From IMG/VR virus record IMGVR_UViG_3300048591_000798, positions 1 through 37,587 of that record: a stretch of DNA of 37,587 nt; one strand, 5' to 3'. Positions 1-5,571 of this stretch are shown in pieces. The stretch's first letter is position 1. Each line of letters starts with the position of its first letter. Source of the DNA: a virus. The notes beneath the pieces are model-generated. The model was not told where the DNA came from, ran no database searches, and saw only the letters and a list, made by a program, of their open reading frames with translations. The position numbers and the translations under genes were made by a program.

Positions 1-127
1 TTCCTTGGAATTGATAAAGAAAAGTTCGTCACTACATTGTTGATCGGATATAACCATGATAACGGTAAACGATCTCATGGAAAGGCTAAAGACTTTCTTG
101 ACGATCTTCTAAGTCGTTTAAATATCA
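1..127. repeat. Terminal direct repeat copy 1 (identical to 37461..37587); circular-assembly overlap
   Basis: Read directly: the first 127 nt equal the last 127 nt base for base. Confidence 0.95.
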
Positions 128-144
128 CTGTTAAGATTTCTTGA
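1..144 (+). CDS. 3' end of junction-spanning hypothetical ORF (start 37296); partial at window edge
   Basis: Frame 1 is open from nt 1 and is the same frame as the 37296 ORF through the repeat; stop TGA 142..144. Confidence 0.5.
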   Translation, partial: FLGIDKEKFVTTLLIGYNHDNGKRSHGKAKDFLDDLLSRLNITVKIS

Positions 145-212
145 TTGGTATTTTCACCAAGCAGGGTGTAAAAGCAGGTCCGGTCGATTCAAGGGGCGAG
201 AGCCCCGAGACA

Positions 213-548
213 TCACATTGAAGCTTCGCGTGTTCCAGCTTCTGCAGTGCGACCGAAAACATTTGAGCCTCTCTCAAGCTGATCTTGAATTTCGATCACG
301 GTTGAGACGATCTCGACTCGTTGCATGACTATGAAGTGATAGCGGCACTCCTGGCACTCAATTAAATTCGGGGTAGGGGTAGAAAAAGAGTATTTAATTT
401 TTTCTTCAGATTGATGTTCGCAATACGGGCATTTTATGCTCTGAGTTTTCACTTTCGGACGATCATCAGGATTGTGAAAGATCTCAGTTTTTTTTGCGGC
501 CACTTCTTGAACTTCTTGGGCCTCTTTTTTCTTACGTTTATCAACCAT
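213..548 (-). CDS. Zn-ribbon protein (CPYC-X21-CQEC) with Lys/Glu-rich N-terminus; possible small transcription factor
   Basis: 111-aa ORF; RBS GGAG upstream of the ATG; CX2C-X21-CX2C motif in the translation; only leftward gene in this block. Confidence 0.6.
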   Translation of the reverse strand: MVDKRKKKEAQEVQEVAAKKTEIFHNPDDRPKVKTQSIKCPYCEHQSEEKIKYSFSTPTPNLIECQECRYHFIVMQRVEIVSTVIEIQDQLERGSNVFGRTAEAGTREASM

Positions 549-575
549 TTTTATATCTCCATACGTTTGGGTTGT

Positions 576-600
576 GGACCATCACCATATTATTTGGTCC
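576..600. promoter_or_regulatory. Inverted repeat GGACCA-N13-TGGTCC in the divergent control region (operator candidate)
   Basis: Perfect 6-bp arms read in sequence between the 213..548 gene and recT. Confidence 0.2.
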
Positions 601-739
601 GGCAAATTAAAATAGCAAAAAATACTCATTATGCTAGCTATTTTTTTTGACGCACTTGGACTTGTATGGCACTTCGGGCAACCCCTGCATATTCATTAAA
701 CAACTGTTAAATGAACGACCTACATATAGCGTGCTATTT

Positions 740-768
740 TGAAATACCCCATGAGTGAAAATACCCAT
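740..768 (+). repeat. Two direct repeats TGAAA(A)TACCC(C)AT immediately upstream of a -35 box
   Basis: TGAAATACCCCAT (740..752) and TGAAAATACCCAT (756..768), then TTGACA at 777. Confidence 0.35.
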
Positions 769-776
769 ACGCATAC

Positions 777-805
777 TTGACACATTCTAGGCAGAATTAT
801 TTATT
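777..805 (+). promoter_or_regulatory. Sigma70-like promoter candidate TTGACA-N17-TTTATT
   Basis: Exact -35 consensus, 17-nt spacer, AT-rich -10; upstream of recT. Confidence 0.4.
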
Positions 806-822
806 GTCCGCACAAATAATAG

Positions 823-851
823 TTGCAGAAACTATTGCGCTACGCTATAGA
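823..851 (+). promoter_or_regulatory. Sigma70-like promoter candidate TTGCAG-N17-TATAGA
   Basis: 4/6 + 4/6 matches, 17-nt spacer, about 40 nt upstream of the recT ATG; overlaps palindrome ATAGTT-N5-AACTAT (819..835). Confidence 0.35.
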
Positions 852-890
852 TGTTTTCGTTAACTAACCATGTTTCAAGGAGACAAAAAA

Positions 891-1736
891 ATGAGTTCCG
901 CCCTAGCAATTTACGAGAATTTTCAGCAAACCAAAGATATCGCTAATGCCCTGGCTGCAAGCGATTTGGTACCCCCACATTTCCAACGAAAACCAGCTAA
1001 CATTCTCATCGCTCTGGAGTTTGCCCAGCGAAATGACATAACCCCTTTTGCCGCTATGCAGTCAATTTTCGTGGTGCATGGTCGCCCCGGCATGAGCGCG
1101 GCCATGGCAATCTCGCTTGCCAGAAAACACAATGCTTATAAGTCGCTTGTGTATAAAACTCATGGATCTGGAGACACCTTGGCAGTAACGGCAATTGCCA
1201 CCCTCAACACAGGTGAAAAAGTCGAGACTACAGTGGACATGGCTATGGCTAAAAAAGCTGGCTGGACGAAAAATGCTATCTATGCCTCGATACCAGAACA
1301 GATGCTCAAATACAGAGCGGCCACTTTTCTTATCCGCTCTAACTTCCCTGAAGTCCTCTTTGGGATGCAAACCGTTGAAGAGATCGAAGACGTTGAAGCT
1401 TCAAAACGGGCTGTGCCAGTCAAACCAATTATGCCAGCCACGACCGTCATTGACGTAAAAAATGAGCCTGATCCCGTCAAAGAAGAAGTTCAAACAATCG
1501 AAGAAGCTATTCAAACCGAGCCAGTCATTGAAGAAGACGCAATGATTGAGGATATGGTCATAGAGCGAGACATCGAAGACTACCGGGGTGAGATCAGAGA
1601 GTTTCTTTCAACAAGAGACAACGACTGGTTTGCAAAAATTGGCAAGTCCCGAGGTGAAATGGTCGCAAAAGTCGAAGCGGAAAATTCACTGGACAAGATG
1701 AAGCACTTTTACGATTTCATTCAAAAGATAGGGTAA
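891..1736 (+). CDS. recT: RecT/Redbeta-family single-strand annealing protein with acidic C-terminal tail
   Basis: ORF 870..1736; the ATG at 891 has AAGGAG 8 nt upstream. The segment PEQMLKYRAATFLIRSNFPEVLFG resembles the conserved ML-x-[HY]-[KR]-A...R...G region of Bet/RecT proteins. Confidence 0.7.
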   Translation: MSSALAIYENFQQTKDIANALAASDLVPPHFQRKPANILIALEFAQRNDITPFAAMQSIFVVHGRPGMSAAMAISLARKHNAYKSLVYKTHGSGDTLAVTAIATLNTGEKVETTVDMAMAKKAGWTKNAIYASIPEQMLKYRAATFLIRSNFPEVLFGMQTVEEIEDVEASKRAVPVKPIMPATTVIDVKNEPDPVKEEVQTIEEAIQTEPVIEEDAMIEDMVIERDIEDYRGEIREFLSTRDNDWFAKIGKSRGEMVAKVEAENSLDKMKHFYDFIQKIG

Positions 1737-1740
1737 TACA

Positions 1741-1833
1741 ATGAAAACTTACACAATGTTACTCCTGACTTTTGGGGGCTGGTGGGCCTTTTTCTGGATC
1801 TGTTTTTATTGGTTCCCACGATATTGCGGGTGA
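1741..1833 (+). CDS. 30-aa hydrophobic peptide (MKTYTMLLLTFGGWWAFFWICFYWFPRYCG)
   Basis: Own translation; fills the gap between recT and the next ORF; below the ORF-track cutoff. Confidence 0.3.
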   Translation: MKTYTMLLLTFGGWWAFFWICFYWFPRYCG

Positions 1834-1836
1834 ACC

Positions 1837-2205
1837 ATGCTCAATAAATATGATCAAGAGTGCTGCGATATTTGCGGAAACAGAGGGCCATGCAAATATT
1901 GCAGTAGAACTGCAAGTCACAATATTAACTATGATTTTAAACAATATTTAACAACTATGGGGTCAGAGTTTTACCGAGTTGAAAAGCGAGAGTCTGAAAT
2001 AGTTTGCGATAAAATCAAGATAACGTTAGAAAATTTAGCGTTGTTCGCAAACATGATGACGCTCAGAAAAAAGACAAATGAGCCTCCTTTAAATGGCTGG
2101 CCAGCGTTCGATCAGATCTTTAAACATCGTAAATTAAGCTCTGTTTGCACGTCGTACATACAATTTAATGGAGGAAGGTTTTCTTTGATCTGCGCATTGC
2201 GCTAA
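1837..2205 (+). CDS. Hypothetical protein, Cys-rich N-terminus (CCDIC...CKYC)
   Basis: 122-aa ORF in the early operon, weak RBS GGGTGA. Confidence 0.5.
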   Translation: MLNKYDQECCDICGNRGPCKYCSRTASHNINYDFKQYLTTMGSEFYRVEKRESEIVCDKIKITLENLALFANMMTLRKKTNEPPLNGWPAFDQIFKHRKLSSVCTSYIQFNGGRFSLICALR

Positions 2206-2217
2206 AAGGTAAAAACT

Positions 2218-2502
2218 ATGTCAAAGAAAAAGACCCCAACAGATTTTGAAAAGGCAGAGGAACAATTGCAAATTGAAAAGATTGAGGAGATGAAGAAGAT
2301 TCTTCATAGGATACCAAGGAACATAACTGTCAATGAGCTCCGTTTGGCTTACATCGAGCATGTGATGGAGCTGCATGAATACAACCGAACAAGTGCTGCA
2401 GCAGAGCTCGGACTAAACTACACAACAATCATGGCTATGATTAGACGCGGTGAAATAAGAGGAGGGCGGTCAGTACGTGGTAGACCAAAAAACGAGGTTT
2501 AA
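2218..2502 (+). CDS. Fis-type helix-turn-helix DNA-binding protein
   Basis: C-terminal NRTSAAAELGLNYTTIMAMIRRGEI resembles the HTH_8/Fis-type HTH; RBS AAGG. Confidence 0.6.
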   Translation: MSKKKTPTDFEKAEEQLQIEKIEEMKKILHRIPRNITVNELRLAYIEHVMELHEYNRTSAAAELGLNYTTIMAMIRRGEIRGGRSVRGRPKNEV

Positions 2503-2752
2503 GCTTATCAAGGGCGATGGCATCAAGAACAAAGAGGATATCGACCTTTTAAGAAAGCTTTTTGACCATTTGAATGAGCTTCACAATGAGCAGATCAAAG
2601 TGGGGCTTGACCCAAGGGCATCTACGTCCAGAGTTCTCTCTGCGCTCACAATTGCAACGGCCTCAACTGCTGCAGAAGGTGGGCTTGGGGTAGAGCATGT
2701 CATATACGCGATCAAAGATGCCTATAGCTTTTATAAGGACAATAACCCATGA
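2477..2752 (+). CDS. Hypothetical protein (non-ATG start; start uncertain)
   Basis: 91-aa ORF; its stop overlaps the next ATG as ATGA. Confidence 0.45.
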   Translation: MVDQKTRFKLIKGDGIKNKEDIDLLRKLFDHLNELHNEQIKVGLDPRASTSRVLSALTIATASTAAEGGLGVEHVIYAIKDAYSFYKDNNP

Positions 2753-2904
2753 GTGAGGATCTCATCGTTAAACTCATAGCTGCGCTTCTTATGTCATTTT
2801 GTATTTCTTACGGGGTATGCGGAATCATAAGAGTTGTGAGCGAAGAGCTCAAGTTCAAACGTCTAAACAAAAGGCCCGAAGTCACCTGGAAGGGGAAAAA
2901 ATGA
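2749..2904 (+). CDS. 51-aa single-pass membrane peptide
   Basis: Own translation MSEDLIVKLIAALLMSFCISYGVCGIIRVV...; ATGA overlaps at both ends. Confidence 0.4.
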   Translation: MSEDLIVKLIAALLMSFCISYGVCGIIRVVSEELKFKRLNKRPEVTWKGKK

Positions 2905-3119
2905 GATCACTAGCTGCCCTGGCTACCGTATTTATCGTGCTCAGCGCGGACGGTGGTAGGTTATTAAGGATCAACGTCGATGCAATCAAAATGTACTATG
3001 ACTTTCAGGAAGGGAATCACAAGACCCGTATCGAGTACATTGACCAGACGGTTGATACTGTGCTTGAGACCCCGGAAGAGATTGATCTCTTGCTCCAGGG
3101 AGAGGTATCAAAGAAATGA
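2901..3119 (+). CDS. Hypothetical protein (72 aa)
   Basis: Internal ATG of track ORF 2799..3119, preceded by GGAAGGGG; upstream part rejected. Confidence 0.55.
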   Translation: MRSLAALATVFIVLSADGGRLLRINVDAIKMYYDFQEGNHKTRIEYIDQTVDTVLETPEEIDLLLQGEVSKK

Positions 3120-3298
3120 AATTTGCGCTGAGAACAGAGCCGAGGATATTCATTTGCATCGGGATCGCCGTCTGGGCCTCCACTGGATCATTTCGAAGGT
3201 TCGCTGTTTACGTTCTTGCATATTTTTTAACCATGCTTGTGATAAACGTATTTATCGCATTTATATCCGCAATTAAGGAGATCAAAAATGAGATTTGA
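3116..3298 (+). CDS. 60-aa two-helix membrane protein
   Basis: ATGA coupling to the upstream gene; two hydrophobic stretches. Confidence 0.5.
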   Translation: MKFALRTEPRIFICIGIAVWASTGSFRRFAVYVLAYFLTMLVINVFIAFISAIKEIKNEI

Positions 3299-3611
3299 AA
3301 AGTGGCAACGACGCCCCGTCGATGTTGAAGCGATCCAGTATCAGGGTTTCACAATCGACTGTCTGAAGTATGATGTTCGTGTCAAGTTTGATGACAACAA
3401 CTCTGAAGCTACGGTACGCACTCTTGAGGGTGAGGAAGTGGCTAAGTTTGGCGACTACATCGTTCGAGGCCCTATGGGTGAGCTCGAAGTCATGAAACCA
3501 GAGGTTTTCGAGAACACTCATGACCGTTGCGACAATTGCCCAAGGCCCAGGACAAGGAAGAATAAAAAAGACGAAGTTGTAGATGTTTTTGAGGAAGTCT
3601 CAGAAATTTAA
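3288..3611 (+). CDS. Hypothetical phage protein (VEAIQ...GDYIV...GE...KPEVFE pattern)
   Basis: 107-aa ORF, RBS AAGGAG; pattern recalled from common small phage proteins of unknown function. Confidence 0.6.
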   Translation: MRFEKWQRRPVDVEAIQYQGFTIDCLKYDVRVKFDDNNSEATVRTLEGEEVAKFGDYIVRGPMGELEVMKPEVFENTHDRCDNCPRPRTRKNKKDEVVDVFEEVSEI

Positions 3612-3625
3612 CATTAGAGGTGAAT

Positions 3626-4198
3626 ATGACTGATTTAAACCGTGACTACATGCTCATTATCGACAAATCTGGATCAATGGCCGAGCGCGACTGTCCAGGT
3701 GGAAAAAGCCGATGGGACTATTGCCAAGAGTCTACCTTTGCACTTTGCTCAAAGATGGAAACATTGGACCCTGATGGGATCGACCTTTATGTGTTCTCAT
3801 CGAGCTTCAAGAGGTATGAAAATGTTACTTCTCAGAAAGTTAAAGACATCTTTAAAGAGAACGATCCTAGCGGGGGTACCGCTCTGGATCTTGTGCTTGG
3901 CGACGCTTTTGGTCGTACTAAAGGCCCTACTACCATTGTTGTTGTTACTGATGGTGAGCCTAACGATAAGTCTGCTGTTGCTAAACTCATTACTGCTCAA
4001 TCACAAAAGCTTGAGAAGGATGAAGATCTTGCGATTAGTTTCATTCAAGTGGGAAAAAATGAAGAAGCAAGGTCCTATCTGAAGTCTCTTGACGATGATT
4101 TGAAAGGAGCAAAGTTTGATATTGTCGATACTGTCACTTTTGATGAAATGGAAAACACGAGTTTGACCGAAGTTCTGACTAGTGCTATAACAGACTAA
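3626..4198 (+). CDS. von Willebrand factor A (vWA) domain protein with MIDAS motif, TerY-like
   Basis: DKSGS (DxSxS), GGTALD and VVVTDGEPND motifs; the ATG at 3626 lies 5 nt after GAGG. Confidence 0.8.
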   Translation: MTDLNRDYMLIIDKSGSMAERDCPGGKSRWDYCQESTFALCSKMETLDPDGIDLYVFSSSFKRYENVTSQKVKDIFKENDPSGGTALDLVLGDAFGRTKGPTTIVVVTDGEPNDKSAVAKLITAQSQKLEKDEDLAISFIQVGKNEEARSYLKSLDDDLKGAKFDIVDTVTFDEMENTSLTEVLTSAITD

Positions 4199-4266
4199 CA
4201 GGTTGCCTCCTGTTGCTGCCAAATTTGATGATGTTGATTGATGGGATCATTGGGGCTTGGCAGTAT

Positions 4267-4359
4267 GCGAGAAGTAAGCTCAGTTTGGTAGAGCTTGTGA
4301 AGCCGACACTGTTCGGGAGTAGTACCAGGGCGCTGGTTCAAGTCCAGCCTTCTCGCACC
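4267..4359 (+). tRNA. tRNA-like gene, non-canonical (8-bp acceptor stem, long D-to-T region, no clean anticodon arm)
   Basis: Acceptor GCGAGAAG/CTTCTCGC. D arm AGCTC-AGTTTGGTA-GAGCT. T arm GCTGG-TTCAAGT-CCAGC. Then A-CC. The central 35 nt folds only as CCGA/TCGG with a 6-nt loop. Confidence 0.45.
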
Positions 4360-4388
4360 TTGACAAAAAATAATGAAAATGTATAAAT
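4360..4388 (+). promoter_or_regulatory. Near-consensus sigma70-like promoter TTGACA-N16-TATAAAT
   Basis: Read in sequence immediately after the tRNA-like gene; no ORF downstream before the terminator. Confidence 0.35.
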
Positions 4389-4412
4389 ATTTTGCGTTCT
4401 CATAAGAAGTCG

Positions 4413-4466
4413 AAAGCCGAGCACAGAATAGTACCCGATCACTAAACTGAGCTCGGCTTTTGCTTT
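4413..4466. terminator. Hairpin (10-bp stem AAAGCCGAGC/GCTCGGCTTT, 28-nt loop) at the convergence of early (+) and late (-) transcription
   Basis: Stem read directly; followed by TTTTGCTTT on the + strand and T-rich on the - strand; lies between gene ends. Confidence 0.5.
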
Positions 4467-4692
4467 ACTTGGTGAGACCCTTCAGAGCGGAAAATACCAC
4501 TGAAGCAGGGCCAAGTTTCACCATAGCCAAGATCTCGATCACCGCGCCACCTATAAGAACCAAAAGCTCCTTTTTTTCTTCCAGATCCAGTTCTGAAAGC
4601 TCTTTGCCAACAAGGTCATAGTCAACAGACATGAGCCCTAGAATGTCAGATTTGATCATACCTATGAGTTTTTTTGTTTCAGTGATGCCCAT
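4465..4692 (-). CDS. Small protein with C-terminal hydrophobic segment (lysis/membrane candidate)
   Basis: 75-aa ORF, RBS GGGAGAG; last gene of the late operon. Confidence 0.5.
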   Translation of the reverse strand: MGITETKKLIGMIKSDILGLMSVDYDLVGKELSELDLEEKKELLVLIGGAVIEILAMVKLGPASVVFSALKGLTK

Positions 4693-4728
4693 ACCGATCT
4701 CTCCCTTTGAAACCTATAAATTGTGTGT

Positions 4729-4959
4729 TTACTGAATTTTATCACAATTCCGGCATTCTTGAGCAAAATGCTGTTCAAAAAGAGCTGTTTGCACGGCTAA
4801 GATTTTATCAAGTCGAGTGATGGAGTCAGAGAGTGTATTGATACGGCTATTGAGGGTTGTAATGGAACGATTAAACCACGCCCCCAAGGTGAACAAAGTT
4901 GTGGCCGCGCTGGCTGCCCCTGAAAAGATGATTTTTAGTAACTCAGCATCGATCTGCAT
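4729..4959 (-). CDS. Small protein with N-terminal TM helix plus coiled coil (holin/spanin-like candidate)
   Basis: 76-aa ORF, RBS GGGG; IIFSGAASAATTLFTLGAWF hydrophobic stretch. Confidence 0.5.
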   Translation of the reverse strand: MQIDAELLKIIFSGAASAATTLFTLGAWFNRSITTLNSRINTLSDSITRLDKILAVQTALFEQHFAQECRNCDKIQ

Positions 4960-5003
4960 AGACTACCCCTAACGTGAAATGGATAGGGATAGTTTATCAT
5001 CTT

Positions 5004-5213
5004 TTAAATAAGGGTAGACCCTAATGCTTCATAAGGAGAACATGCTTCGTAATCTTTGTTTAAGTCCTTAGTATTAACGACAATTTTGTCGTCTTTGCCC
5101 ACTTTCTTGAGTATCCAAGTCACCACAGAAACACCGCAATTTACACTGACTTTTGGATCTGCTGAATAATACTCATTTGGCACTGTTCTTGAGCGAAAAA
5201 AAACAGAAATCAA
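5004..5213 (-). CDS. Hypothetical protein (69 aa from TTG start); alternative long form 5004..5381
   Basis: AAGGAG 6 nt upstream of TTG at 5213; the upstream part of the track ORF overlaps 5245..5562. Confidence 0.35.
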   Translation of the reverse strand: MISVFFRSRTVPNEYYSADPKVSVNCGVSVVTWILKKVGKDDKIVVNTKDLNKDYEACSPYEALGSTLI

Positions 5214-5244
5214 AGCGTTCTCCTTTTTAATCAAAAAAGTGAGT

Positions 5245-5562
5245 CTAAAACTCGCAAAAAAGTGTGTACCTAAGCCACCTACCCATGCGACAAGACCACT
5301 CAAAAGCTTCCTTGCGAACACAGGTATGTCTTGGCTCACCTGCGAATTCCAAAATAAAGCTGTTTTCTGTCTTGAATTCATAGTTTCCTACGTTGTCCGA
5401 TGGAGTCGGGTTATGCCCAAGATATGACGCTATCCCGATATCTCCCGTTTTACCGACTGGACCCTCAAATTTTGTTGAGCTGTCCCATTGGAAATTCTCA
5501 CAGTAAGTTGCCGCATTTAAATTCGATGCCAATAGTAGCCCAAAAAGCAATATTTTTCTCAT
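5245..5562 (-). CDS. Secreted protein with N-terminal signal peptide
   Basis: MRKILLFGLLLASNLNAA signal-like N-terminus; RBS GAGGAA 5 nt upstream of the ATG. Confidence 0.5.
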   Translation of the reverse strand: MRKILLFGLLLASNLNAATYCENFQWDSSTKFEGPVGKTGDIGIASYLGHNPTPSDNVGNYEFKTENSFILEFAGEPRHTCVRKEAFEWSCRMGRWLRYTLFCEF

Positions 5563-5571
5563 AAAAATTCC

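Noticed and set aside
193-206. GGGGC-GAGA-GCCCC hairpin as a terminator between convergent genes
   Set aside because: The stem is only 5 bp and neither strand has a convincing U-tract. It is noted but not called.
2799-2900. N-terminal extension of track ORF 2799..3119
   Set aside because: The internal ATG at 2901 has a good RBS and forms an ATGA junction with the 2749..2904 gene in another frame. The extension would overlap that gene.
4267-4359. tRNA-like element as attP for integration into a host tRNA gene
   Set aside because: No integrase or excisionase is recognisable anywhere in the closed genome, and both halves of the acceptor stem are present.
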